This document shows, in pieces, positions 50,151 to 63,506 of a DNA stretch of 64,000 nt. This DNA is from Nemertoderma westbladi. Lineage: Eukaryota > Animalia > Xenacoelomorpha. The notes below the pieces were generated by a model. The model searched no databases, was not told the DNA's origin, and was given only the letters and a program-made list of their open reading frames with translations. The DNA is taken from the NCBI GenBank assembly GCA_032718475.1, contig JAUCBJ010000491.1, forward strand, positions 55,950-119,949, written 5' to 3'. The translations under genes and the position numbers were made by a program. Position 1 is the stretch's first letter. Every line of letters starts with the position of its first letter.

Positions 50151-50799
50151 ACAATTAGACGCAGCCTGCCTGACCAAGCTAAATTTGTTACTAATGAATA
50201 ATAATATCATTGATTTCATATTAATTTTTTTCCACCCGGGCACCTCTTCCATTCCAGCCAACTCATCATATCAGGGCGTTTGGAGAACTGGTTTAAGCGG
50301 TAGGCCTACAGTATACGTCTGACTGATGATTCTCAAACATTTGATCTGAATTAAAATGGTTATCAAAATGTTAGTTTATGTTTTGGTTCCTTTCAAACAG
50401 TCTCTGGAACATGTGTCTTTACTGACTTGCTTTCAAGTAGGTGTGTAGGCATAGGTGTAGGCGCAGCGTTATCAGTTAATGAAGCACTACAATAATCATT
50501 AATTTTCAAATGATATTATATTCGGATTCTAATTGTCCCCGTATGTTGGCTATAGGGCTAGGTTTGGTAGGCCTGTAGCGCTGTAGGTCAGTGGTGGCCA
50601 GGTCGGAGGCCAAGCTACTTGGGTGTCAAAAATAACGAAACAGCTTAGTTTTGAGGGTTACGTTATAACCAAAGCAATATTATATATCTTCAATTAGTTC
50701 GAAAAGGTCTAAATTTAAACTTTTTAAAATTTCGCGAAAATAAATATATAAGTCATTTAATATTTACAGGATAATCTTTTCTGCTCCAATTCACTAAAT

Positions 50800-51230
50800 T
50801 GATGCTTCTTGCTTCTCATCCACACCCCCAATCAAACAACCAGAGTTAAGTAGGTAGGGGTATTCAGTCGCATACCTTGGCTGTTTGCTCTACACCTATA
50901 ATGGATTTTCATGATACATTGCCCTCAGGCAGTGGATTTATGGGTATTCTCTTGCATTCTTACTTACTGACCATACCCTCTGCTAGGAGTTGCCCAATGC
51001 CCAGTTCAATTCCCAGCTAATGGAATTGAGACCGGATACCCCTAATCCCGTCTGATGATATATTTCGCCACCTAACAATATCGATTGGAATTTCGAATAA
51101 GTCATTTATATTGACAGAATAAAGAAGACGATAGTAGCTTAATCCCATCTGAGAGTAAGATGAGGTAACCGGATACCGGTAACAAAAGCCAGGACCTACT
51201 GTACTATACTGTACACCGGGTAGGTAATAC
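50800..51230 (-). mobile_element. Possible degenerate LINE 3' fragment
   Basis: Weak: an HxLGIELG-like remnant on the minus strand with many stops. Confidence 0.3.
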
Positions 51231-51454
51231 AATGGTGCCCCCGGCGAATTAGGCTGTCTGTGGTGATCAGTGCCCGCTCGGATTGTGGCTGAAAGTCGCA
51301 GCGCTAAACTTCCATAGATGAAATCACACCTATTTTATTATCCCGGACTTTATCTTGACGAAACAAAAATTTTCCGCTCTCCAAGGGATAATCGACATAT
51401 ATAAAACAGCTATGGAATCTATTCTCAACCATTCTACCACGTCACAGAAGCTAG

Positions 51455-51775
51455 GACAAATCCGTCCCGGACAAATCCGTCCCGGACAATTCCGACCCGG
51501 ACGTAAAAAAACGTAGAACTTTTTTTTTCAAAATTCTCTCGACCCTCTATTAACCTCGCTGGCACTCGGTAAATAAAATGCCTCGAGAATAATGAAAAAA
51601 AGTTACACTTTTTTTCCCATGTAATGATATATTTATTTATTATTATTTTTAAATTACTTGTGTCGGAATTGTACTATGCTGGATCCGGACAATTCCGACC
51701 CGGACAATTCCGACACATGAAAATTTAATTCGATCTCTGAGTCGGTCGGGATTGTCCGGGTTGGAACTGTCCGTA
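51455..51775. mobile_element. MITE-like element with GGACAATTCCGACCC subterminal repeats in inverted orientation
   Basis: Tandem GGACAA.TCCG.CCC at the left and at 51688-51715; TTGTCCGGGTTGGAACTGTCC at the right. Confidence 0.6.
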
Positions 51776-53205
51776 CACCCGCCTCACTACAATATTATTT
51801 TCATTCTCTCCAAAAAATAATTATACTTCGCTTTTTTCCTATTTCATCAGAACAAACTTCCACTATATCCAAATATATGGGTCTCGGTCGCAATCAAAAT
51901 TCATCCCTCTCCAGGGAAAGTTTGGCGCAAATAACAGACGATCAAAGATACAGCAGTAATTTACTACTCACTTTAGTTTTTAAGTTAAATGACGTGCCTC
52001 TGTATCCTGCTTCTTTCCCGTAATTAATAATAATTCAGTTAACTCGTATATTAATTCGCCGATACGGGATTCCCCCCCCCCCCCCCCTCACCCAGTCTTG
52101 ACTGTGTTGGGGTAGTTTCATAGTTGCAGTGGAATGTTATTACAATCTATGAATCTAACCTAAACAATAAACGAGAGTTAATAGTATAATTTTTGCCGGT
52201 CAGCCGTTATTTGCATCGATTTTCGGGATTTTCCCATACAGAGAGGGTATAATGTCCGAAGTCCCCCCCCCCCCCCCCTCACCCCTATTGGGGATCCACA
52301 CCCCATCACCAATCCTTATATAAAAACTCCCAAACCCTTCTCATATTTCCTCGCATCACTTGTGATGAACTCACAGGAATTCTTCATACTACCAAGTATT
52401 ATAAATTACCATAGATCCCATTCCAGTACAACGCGGTGGCGTTGTGCGTACCAGCACGACGATGAATATAATTAAAAATAATAAACTAGAGGACGGTAAG
52501 TGACAGCAATAATTCCTTAGGACGAGCAGATAGTAAACCAATACATTGAAAGATGGAATACACGCGGTGAGGAACTGACAAATACCGCGAGACGTGGACA
52601 CGTAGGAGGAATGCAAATACCTAGGCCCCACCCAAAATGGGGGTTAATTGCTTCCGGCATTAAATGCCACAGTATCCATGGCAACAGAAAGTTTGTATGG
52701 CTGCCTGTTGTACCGGGACCGGGGAGCCGTTGTATGCATCGGAATAATTAATGGCAGCGTTGAAGCGCCAATAATAATTGTCAATTATCATTCAGTTTTC
52801 CACAATTATTTCCATTTTATTTAATGTTTTCTAGTAAATAATATGGGGTATAATTGCTGCACTCAGGCACTCAGGGCAGCGCGGCAGTTGACATGTTTTC
52901 CCATTTCGACTGGGTATATTAATGAACAGGAAATGGCCCTCGTGTTGTTGCCAGGATAATGAGATGAAACCATTATAGTTTCGAACCATCTGGTATATTT
53001 AGATGCGGTTATATAAATAGAATGCTCAGCGGAAATACGAGAACTGATAAATTCTGAACTCGGTTAAATTAAAAGACGGGATGCCAGTTTTCCGGTTTCA
53101 CACACACAAAGACTATCCACGCATTTAAAATAAAGTTATGTAAATTATTATATAATTCAGTCAAAATAGTTAACGAATTATCAGTATCACCGCCCTACTG
53201 TACTA

Positions 53206-53869
53206 AGGCCTTCGTTACACGCGGCAACTTTCGTTGATGCAAATTGTGTCTGAAAGAAAAGTCTCTCGTGTGAGGGGCGATGGGACAGCAATAAGTTGAT
53301 GGACACTTACAGTACCATTGCTCATCAAAGAGTCTGATGGAAGTTTCTGTGTGTGAGGAAGTCAAGACACTTCTCGCTGAAACATTGTTAAAACAATTTT
53401 ATTCCCAGGAGACAGGGGAAAACTGGACGCAAATCCAATCTCGGCGAATTAATATTCCGCCTCAATGTTTAATTATCAATTAAGAGAAAGGAACAGGTTA
53501 CAGTAGCACAAGCACGGTATTAATCAGCTTGCGTCGATTTTCCCCTGGGGAGGGATGGATTTTAATTTCGTAAAAAGCCCCCCCCCCCCTGATTCGCAGA
53601 AACATATTTCATAAAATAATATTATATTTGATAACTTGAGTGACTTCCTTGAGATGCATTCTTAATATATATGTAATATATATATATATAATGCTGCTGC
53701 AATGCAGCATGCCGATCGTAGTAGTTGTAGATTTGATACAATAAATAAATAAGTGGAACTGTTAGCAATTTATTTGAATATAATTGTTATTTTCTTGAGC
53801 TACAAGTGTCGTGTGAGGAATGTAGACACAAGTTTGTGCGGATACAAGTTGTCTCGTATGAGGGGGCCT
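53206..53869. mobile_element. PIF/Harbinger-type MITE (TAAGGCC..GGCCTTA) containing an RTE 3'-end remnant at about 53640-53725
   Basis: Termini AGGCCTTCGTTACACGCGGCAACTT / AAGTTGTCTCGTATGAGGGGGCCT. Internal GACTTCCTTGAGATGCAT..GCTGCAATGCAGCATGCCGATCGTAGTAG matches the RTE at about 1814-1835 and 1940-1975. Confidence 0.6.
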
Positions 53870-56800
53870 TAATCTAATCTAACAAAGATGATGTGAAAAC
53901 ACCCAATTTCTAACGTCTCGAGTCAATATTATACAAAATTTAAAACTCTTTGAACTGAAAATATAATAATGAATATATGATTGAATTATATGATAAAATG
54001 ATATTAATCTAATTACTAAATTATCTAACTCAATGGTATTCGTTATACGCTATCTATGATGAACCCTTTTTGAGCTACTTACCTCTCTCTGTTAACACGA
54101 TAAATCTGGAAAAACTTAGAAATATAAATTTTCTCAAAACGAATTAAAAATGTTAAAATTAACTTTTAGAATAAATTAATTTTGTTATTTGTTTTAGAAT
54201 TACATTTTAATAACGCCAATGTTACAGTATACTCTATATATTTATGAATACCGGTACGTTTAATTCTCGTAGTTAAGTAAGCAGTACTACGGTGGCTGAA
54301 TCAGGCCAAAATTTAACTTATTTTCCTAGTGAGAAAATCATATAAAACCACTTTTCAGTCGAGTAAAAATCACAAACTATGTAAAACTGAAACTATTTAT
54401 TATATCAAGAATACTGTTACACTTGTGTACAGTGTGTATAATATAGTACAGTAATACGTATATATACCGGTACTGTATAATATATAATGTAGGGTATACT
54501 CTATATAAGTTCCTACTCCGGCCATCACAGCCTATACCACTCACTACAGAAATCAATAGATATATACAATGTGTAGTTGATAACGCTAATTAACTGATAC
54601 TATTTACAGTATCAATCAAGGGTTTGGTTTCTTTCTTACTACATTAATATTTTCCAATTTGTTCAAAACAATTAGGGGAAAGTTACAGAGTAAGTTTTAT
54701 TCATAATACTAATCTTAGTAAAATAAAGTATTAAGCAACATTGAATAAAGCCATAATGAATGTGGCACGCATATATGGCGGTATTACAGCGAAAGTGAAA
54801 GTAAATGCCAATCCCAAAACAAAAAATGAAAGTTATGATGTGTTACGCGGGTTAGTGGTACGCAGGTTAGACAGCAAAATGGTTAAAATCGTCCGAAATA
54901 CAACTTTTGTTGATGGCATTGCCCTGATATACGTTGTCTCCCGGTCTATAAAATATTACTCTAACTATAAAATAAGGCCCACCACCACACACCACACTAA
55001 AGTTTACATCACTTGACTAAGTTTTAACTTTTTCAATTTCTCCATGATGTTATCCTAACTAACACTACTATTGAACTTAAACGGGTTCATGTGAAGTATA
55101 CCAGACTTTCTGCTGTTTTATTTCACTTTGCAGTTTACACCCTTGTGAAGAATACCAGGTTTTCAACTTCAAATTTTCACTAAAATCACGGGTTTCAAAA
55201 GGGCTGATTCTAACCAAAACAATAAACGAATAAGTATCTATACACGTTATAAGACATAAATAAGCGTAATAAAACACTTAATAAGGAGAAATATGAAAAA
55301 ATAATTCTTCAAATATAAAATTCCAATATAATTTCGGGGAATAATCAATTTGGTGCGAACCACTTGTGATTTTTTTTCAAATTGCCCATTTATGTTGTCC
55401 CGTAGAAAAGACTTATACTTTATTTATATATACTGTATATATACCAATTGAAGGAAAGGTGCAGGTTACAGAGGCAGGCTTTTCTAACCAAAATAATACG
55501 ATCACTTTAGGCTACCAATTGAGGGAAACCATATGGTCAGACAGTCAGTAGTCACTCAATAAAAAAAAGAATCAGGCAGTCAAGCAATAGGTACCGGTAC
55601 GCAGCTGTAGAATGACAATTAGAAATGGTTTAAAAGGAGGGGTGTGCACCAAATTGATTTGAGCCGAATTTCGACCGAAAAGTGAAAACCTGGTATTCTT
55701 CACATGGGCGCTTAAACGAATTTAATTTAATCATATATTAATTATTTACTCATTGTAATATTAACTTTAATAATAATTACTTTAATTGTTATTTATTAAT
55801 AATCAATTATTTCTCTTAAATTATAAGAAAAGTGAACTTTCAACCACTAAAACCGCCCATCTGAATAATTCCAGGTTTTCACTTTTCGAGTTTTCGGTGG
55901 AAATCTTATTCAAATTTCTAATTATTAATGTTTTATAGCATTTATTTCTGTCTTATAACCTGTACATACATATACAAATTCGTTTATTGTTTTGGTTAGA
56001 TTCAGCCCTTCTGTAACCTGTGTTTTAGGTGAAAACCTGCTATTCTTCACATGAAGGTAAACTGCAAAGTGAAATATAAAAACAGAAAGTCTGGTATACT
56101 TCATATGGGTGCCAAAAGAAAATGGATATAAATACTTTCTACCACTCAAACAGGTGATATAAAATCTTTATCACACACTATCACAACTAATGTGAGTCTT
56201 TTTATCACAAGCTTCAATAATAATTACCTAGTCAAAGCAAGTAGTCTACCAGTAGTAAGCCAGTACTACTGGTAATGGCAAACTATGACAATAAAAAACG
56301 GCCATGTGAAGGTGACAATAAAAAATAATAAAAAATTATTATTATAATAATAATAAACGTGTTTTGAATAAGTAAGATTAACAATCAGAGATTAGTAGCA
56401 TTGAATTGTGTGGGAAAGGGAAGAACTTTCAAGCAAAATGTTTCCCAGGGAATAATGTGATTGCTAGATATTTGTCAGTCATTGACCAATGGTGAGTAAG
56501 ATATGTAAGGTATCACAAGAGGAATCTAATGCGTGGGTCAACTGCTGAAGCTGAGCGACTGGTTCATTGGTAGTTGGACTTGTAGTAGAATATTATAAAA
56601 GCGCCTGTGGTGTGAATGCTTGGTAAGCCTTATGGGAGAGTAGCTGCTGTCAAGTTGGTTGTCGAGTAGAAGGAATGGGAGCATAACGGTTTGAGACGTA
56701 GACACCCACAATGTGTGATGAATGTTTGGCATTTATTTATATCAAAATAGATTATAAATATGTCATTTAGTTGATTTGTGTTTACTTAAGTTTCAGGTAG

Positions 56801-57240
56801 AATTAGAAATCAGTATAGCAGTCATTTCGCGACCACAACTGCCCGGGGCGGGTTGAATAAGATAAATTGTCTGAGGAGATGCTAATAAAATATCTTAGCT
56901 CACTTCAACTATGTGGGGCGAGCCACTAAGTGAGGGAGGAGCCTTACTGATGTGGAACCATTAGTGAAAAGTCTGCCGTTGTTCACAACTGTTAACAATA
57001 ATAACTCTGTGAGATTAAATAATAAATATATCGAAAATTTTAGAGATTATTTCCTTACTTCAGAAACCATCAGCTCAACTATTACTATCGATAGACATGC
57101 TGTATTGCAGCTAATTATATATATATATATATTAAGAATGCGATCGTGTACTGGCTGGTCTTCAACGGCTGAAGCAAAGTTCCGCAAAGCTGACTCGGAT
57201 CCATTCAAGATCCAAGCTTGTGCCATCCAGAGCTTTTTAT

Positions 57241-58899
57241 ATGAAAACAATAAAATAGGACATGGGGTCTTATTCCCTCAGATACTACCTAGCATTTAGG
57301 GCCACTGTTAGTACTCAGGCACTTCCCTCAGATACTACCTAGCATTTAGGGCCACTTGGGCCACTGTTAGTACTCAGGCACTAAGGCCCATCAAAAAACA
57401 AAATATCAAATCGATTTTAGTGCTACATAACCAAACCCAACTACCACAAGAAAAACTACACCATACCATAGAGTAACTACAGGTTCCGGTAAGTATTGTA
57501 CGAAATAGGCTATCCCATAAATTGCGAAAAATATAGGACATTTTGTCCGCCAAAAAGGTAAGTCTAAGTAATAAATTTTATAAAAATAAAAGGGTTTAGG
57601 AGATTTAAACACTGAACCCTGGGATTCGTGGTTCTCCTCATCAGCAGTGTGCCACGAACCCCACCCCTACCCTAACAAAACTGCACCACTAAATTAAGAC
57701 AATGACCAATAAATTAGAAATCCTACCGTACCACCAAACAGAGTTGAAACCACCCACCCCCAATGTATGTTACCATCAGCCCCAAATGCATAAACATGAT
57801 TCCCCACTGAATGCAACCAACCCCAATAGCACCTACCGGTATGTACAGATAAATGATTAGATTTTTAAACAAAATTGCGCAGATGTCAGAAAATGCCCCT
57901 GTAAATATATAATTATATGATGTTAGACAACCACGACTTTAGAGGGATTGTGATATTAATTTAAATTTGCGAAATTTGCGCATTGATTTAAAATGCGCTG
58001 AGATACACACTGAATTTTGGAGTTCTCCTGCATTGACAAACCGAACTTGGACAGATTCAAATAAACGAAATCGCCACGTATTAACGCGTTTCTCTGTCCA
58101 TGGCTTTCACTTTGCGATCTGTTCCAGAAAAGATTTCCACGAACCTGATGAAAATTGCAGTTGCCAGCTTTGCGGGGATACAGCCGATATATATCACCTT
58201 ACTAGTTGCCGAAATAACAATAAATCTCTTAACGATTGGGCCAAATAAATATTTTAAGCGCTCTCAGTATTTTATAATATTTCATTATAAAATCTAGGTA
58301 TAAGTATCTCTACCTTTAGTATATTTTTAACAATTAATCGTGCTTTAATTTATATCATCGTTATTTACTTATTTTACTGGTGCCATAATGTTGGCTTAAT
58401 AAATAATATATATATAATAAAATAGGATATAGGGTCTTATTCCCTCAGATACTACCTAGCATGTGGTGCAGTTTTGTTAGGGTAGGGGTGGGGTTCGTGG
58501 CACACTGCTGATAAGGAGAACCACGAATCCCAGGGTTCAGTGTTTAAATCTCCGAAACCTTTTTATTTTTATAAAATTTATTACTTAGACTTACCTTTTT
58601 GGCGGACAAAATGTCCTATATTTTTCGTAATTTATAGGATAGCCTATTTCGTGCAATACTTACCAGAACCTGTATTTACTGTATGGTTTTGTGTAATTTT
58701 TCTTGTTGTAGTTGGGTTGGGTTATGTAGCACTAAAATCGATTTGGTATTTTGTTTTTTGATGGGCCTTAGTGCCTGAGTACTAACAGTGGCCCAAGGTA
58801 GTATCTGAGGGAATAAGACCCCATGTCCTATTTTATTGTTTTCATATTAATATCACAATCCCTCTAAAGTCGTGGTTGTCTAACATCATAATTATATAT
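57241..58899. mobile_element. Long inverted-repeat structure (about 57357-57690 versus 58462-58797, plus shorter inverted pieces), possibly Penelope-like pLTRs
   Basis: About 330-bp arms in opposite orientation (the ORF track shows near-identical spurious ORFs 57406-57612 minus and 58540-58761 plus). Each arm carries a hammerhead-like motif. Confidence 0.55.
57876..58420 (+). mobile_element. 3' end of a non-LTR retrotransposon (C-terminal CCHC zinc knuckle + 3' UTR)
   Basis: ..NRHVLTRFSVHGFH..CSCQLCGDTADIYHLTSC.. stop at 58248; AT-rich UTR ending AATAAA(TA)n. Confidence 0.65.
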
Positions 58900-60552
58900 C
58901 CAGAGCTTTGGTATCCTCTGCAGTTAGAGCCCAGCATGCCAGTTGCTTTTTATTTTTTTACATACTTTGGTCCTTGCCTCGGTAAGGTTTTTTACGTAAC
59001 TTGCTTGACAATTAATTAAAAAATCGCAATCTTCATGCAAATAAGTTAACTCTTAACCTTGAAAACTGCATGACAAACAAAAATATATGGCAATTAGTAA
59101 CACAAACGTCGCAACATTGCAATGTGAATGTAATTGATTTGCCTTGAATGCATAACACTGACCTGCATAAAGAATGCCATGAACTGAGTGAAAATGAGTT
59201 GTAGGTTTAATGATGATCCAATATGGTACAGGTACAACGCAACAATTAATAACAACAAAAGTTCAGAACGCCATTATTATTCAATAAATGTAATAATGTT
59301 AACTAGAATTCATCAAAACATTATAAAAGTTAACTCTCAATCAAGTGCTGTACGGGAATTTATAGATCTACAAGCGAAAACAACGGAATGTAATATGAGT
59401 TTGGTAGTAAGTAGTGGGATTAACATGAGGTGTTGGTGTTGTATTTGATATTAAACAGTATCGCAATGTCAAACTCCATCAATAAAAGTCGAAGGGAGAT
59501 TATATAGAAACTTAATGACCTGTTTCTATTGCGTATGCGCCAAGGTTTGTCACTTGTAGTTTAAACCAACCCAGCGTGCAGTGCCATGGGAGGTAGAACA
59601 ACGTGGACTAAGATTGATAAATGTGATTAACTTGGGTAACGTTTAATTATAATTATTATCAATTGTTTACCCATTGTAAAAGCGGCCACCATTAGAGCTA
59701 AGAACGTGAATTAAAATGAATCATAATTAAATAAATTAATTAAATTTAGACAAGAAGTTTTGACTAATTAAGGTATTAAGTTGACATCAAATAAATTAGC
59801 GACAAAGTAATATTACTGCATTGAAACCTACCATTGTCGCTGGACAGTTTTTCAGCACAAATTAGGTGATGGCCGGGCACTTGTTCTACACTACTGCGTA
59901 CCCGGGGCAATGTGGCGACTCTGTGCCACCACACCATTAATATGGTGATATGAAATCTACCCCCCCCCCCCCCGACCCCTCCCATTTATCCTTGATGAAA
60001 AAATAACATACAAACAATAAATAGAATCCATCTAATTTTTACTATTGTAATTGTAATCTGTATCCATATAACTGTTACGGAGCTACTAAATGTATCTTTT
60101 GGAAAGTTACAATTAAAATGTTTCGAAGGTCCATCAAGTAAATTAATACTCACTAAAGGTTTAAGTAGAGACTATTATAGAGACATGGGGGGGGGGGGGG
60201 GGGGGGGGTGCTTAATGTAAATCCCATATCGGCTAATTATAATATATCTCGTCCCAATGTTAAATTATCACTTAAGAGAAAGGATAAGTTTACAGAGGTT
60301 ATTCTAACCAAAACAATAAACGAAAGTCAATTGAAAGTTACGATTTTATTTTTAGGAGTAATCAGCTGTTATTTGGGTCCATTTTCCACTGAAGAGGGAT
60401 GAATTTTGATTGGGTCGAGCCCTCGAGAGCAACCCCCCTCCCTCATCTCAACTATTATACCATAACTCTGCACATACTGCTCAGTATCAGTTAGTTTTTA
60501 AATATATAAGTTTGACAAAGGCGATAAATAGTAGTTTGGTTACTGAGTTAAT

Positions 60553-61210
60553 TCAACCAGACTGAATAGCATGTGAGCCATTCCTCAGTAGAATTGAATC
60601 TACACGCGTGGCCAAATCTTTACGAGAGAAGCAGCACACGAAGCGAACCAACGATCTGTTCTCTTCCAAGGCCGACACCACGGACATGGCCTCCTCTGTA
60701 TGCGCACCTACCGGTCGGCTACTCTGGTTGGACAGATGGACCCGTTTAACGCTGCGGCTCTTGGCCAACGCCTGCACAACGCACAGAACTCCTTCGGCGC
60801 TGAAATCGTTCCCTTCGAGGTTGAGCGTCTCTATGACGGTGTTTACGCGAAGGAGGTTCGCGATCGATTTGGCTACCACGTCGTTACTCGCAGTGTAAGA
60901 GATATCGAGGTCGATAACGCTCGTATTGTTAGCCAACGCGTCGACTAACTGAACGATTCGAGGCACAGGAAGTCGGTTCATCCCTTTCCAATTGAGTTTC
61001 TTGAGGTTCTCGTCGTTGCGTTTAACACGCCCGATCGCGAAGTCGGCGTCCAACTCCCGCGGTTTCCACGGCCGCGTCGCGCGCTCTATCTCCGGGACCG
61101 GTCTCGCGTCTACCGCCGCGCTGGCGGCCACCAGTTGGGACTCCAGATGGGCCCGAAGGCGGTCCAAGTCCAACGGCCCCGTCGGTTTACGGGGCGAGTG
61201 GTAGGAACAT
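60553..61210 (-). CDS. Tropomodulin-like protein, terminal exon (actin-binding site 1 motif + LRR cap domain)
   Basis: (R)CSYHSPRKPTGPLDLDRLRAHLE resembles Tmod PTGPFDRxxL. The LRR motifs RVKRNDENLKKLN, ALANNTSV, TASNDVVAKSIANLLRVNTVIETLNLEGNDFSAEG, SNQSSRPVG and LEENRSLVRF resemble the Tmod LRR. Acceptor ttttgtttag at 61211-61212; stop at 60553-60555; upstream exon(s) not identified. Confidence 0.85.
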
Positions 61211-63016
61211 CTAAACAAAATACAAACGGAATAAATTGATTTATTTAAAAAAGCAAATTTATTCCAAAATTTGAACTTTTATTAATCGTAATGTATAAAT
61301 CTTTACAACTTTAGAGGAGTTACTTTATACAATGAAACGAAACATGCTCTACGGGTTGTCACAGCAACCTCTTGATACTTATATATTATTACCAAATATA
61401 AATACTAAAAGACGGTACCAACATACAACTGCATAAGTTCAAATTTCCAATAACTTCCAATTGCGAAGATGAAACTTCTTAATATTAGAAAGTCAAAACG
61501 TTTTCTAGATGCTCAACAATTAATATCTATCATAACAATTATAATTTGGCCTATGGGCTATCATGCACATATAATTTTTAATATGATAGATAATATATGA
61601 TTTGATAAATGCTATGTATGAGAGATAGTACTCTAGATGAATGTGCTATTTTTCGCTGGGGGCAAGAAGTGGGTGCAACATTACAATTAAAATATTGTAA
61701 TATCCAATTGTGCTGCATGACAAGATCTGCAATAATTTATGCCAAGGTTTTCTGTGGTATATATTTATTGACGGACAGACCAGACCGACTGACATACCGG
61801 TATACGGACATTCCTGATTCTAATAAATGAATTGGAGTTGAGCTGTTAATGCAACGGTAATTAAAAATGTAATATTATGGTTTTGTTCAGAAATGGAAAA
61901 AAATAAGAAAGCGCGTCACCGAGGGTTGAACCAGCGCTATACGTACTTTTCAGCCTACCCAGGCCTCCTCAGTAGCGCTAACCAGTTCAGCCACTTGTCC
62001 CTGACATTCACTTTCCCACCTAATCCACTTCTATTGAACGGACAGTCTTAAGTTGCATATCCTATCTCTAACATGATTCCTGATTATACCAAACGATAAA
62101 ACTGACATCGGAAATAGATTCACTGACGTGGAAAGCCCCTAGTTATGTAGTTAGTTTGTTTGTTTATTGACAAATAGATTGAATAAATACAAATAGAAAT
62201 AATTACAAATCAGAATACTGGTGATAAATATAGATAATTTCACAAACACAGTAGCGCGGCACGTTAACCCCTAAATTGTCCATCGTAACTAATAGTAGTT
62301 TAATAAGGGCACATAATGCATTATTGAAAATAGAAAAAATAACTTAGCACAATTTGGCTGATATAATAATTAACTGATTAATTAGTAAATTTTACCCGTA
62401 CATCTTCACAGCCTCATAAACAAAATGTAAACAATAATGTAATAGTTAAGTTATTATATGTTTTACGTAGTTTAATGGTATTTTCCTGGTGTTTACTGGT
62501 TCATCCTGCACAGATGTTCTATTACAATCGCATACCCCACTCAGGTGCGGGGTATCCGCGACCAACGGCTCTTCTCCACCATCAAATTATGAGATATATG
62601 CCTCAACCGGGTGATCTCAACTCTAATATAGTCGGGAATGCATGGTATTTTTATTTTACATAAGGTATTTTACATATGCCAAATTTTGTGGCTTCTACAC
62701 AGGTTACATATTATTATTTAATATATAACTTATAAAATAGGTTATAAGCCTGCACAAAAGGTATGGTCCGCGTACAGCAAACGTCCTAGCTTGTCGGAGG
62801 GGGGGGGGGGGGGGGGGGGGGGATCTTTTTTGAATGGCAGACTAATCTATAATCATTGTAGCCGTCACGTATTTAGAACAAATTATTGTGTTACAGTTTA
62901 AAAGTTACAATTATTGTAAAATAAAACTACATGCAATATTGTAAAGTAGGTTACATGATACACGTTATTAGTAAATCCTAATATATAACACTGTGATACA
63001 TAGTTATATAACAGTT

Positions 63017-63506
63017 CGCCCATGTGAAGAATACCAGACATTCTGCCGTTATATTTCACTTTGCAGTTACCCCCATGTGAAGAATACCAGACATTCTGCC
63101 GTTATATTTCACTTTGCAGTTACCCCCATGTGAAGAATACCAGACTTTCTGCCGTTATATTTCACTTTGCAGTTACCCCCATGTGAAGAATACCAGACTT
63201 TCTGCCGTTATATTTCACTTTGCAGTTACCCCCATGTGAAGAATACCAGACTTTCTGCCGTTATATTTCACTTTGCAGTTACCCCCATGTGAAGAATACC
63301 AGGTTTTCACCAAAAACACAGGTTACAGAAGGGCTGAATCTAACCAAAACAATAAACGAATTAGTATATGTACAGGTTATAAGACAGAAATAAGCGCTAT
63401 AAAACACTTAATAAAGATAAATTAAAAAAAATAAAAAATCTTCATATATAAAATTCCAATAAAAAGTCGACCGAAAAGTGAAATCCTGGTATCCTTCACA
63501 TGGGCG
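63017..63506 (+). mobile_element. MITE family A copy with 5 tandem copies of a 53-bp terminal unit
   Basis: TIR CGCCCATGTGAAG / CTTCACATGGGCG, flanked by ACAGTT direct repeats. CATGTGAAG occurs at 63021, 63074, 63127, 63180, 63233 and 63286. Confidence 0.85.

Noticed and set aside
56350-56740. Possible degenerate Penelope GIY-YIG remnant (HIIPWE..LLIS on the minus strand)
   Set aside because: Too decayed to support without a profile search.
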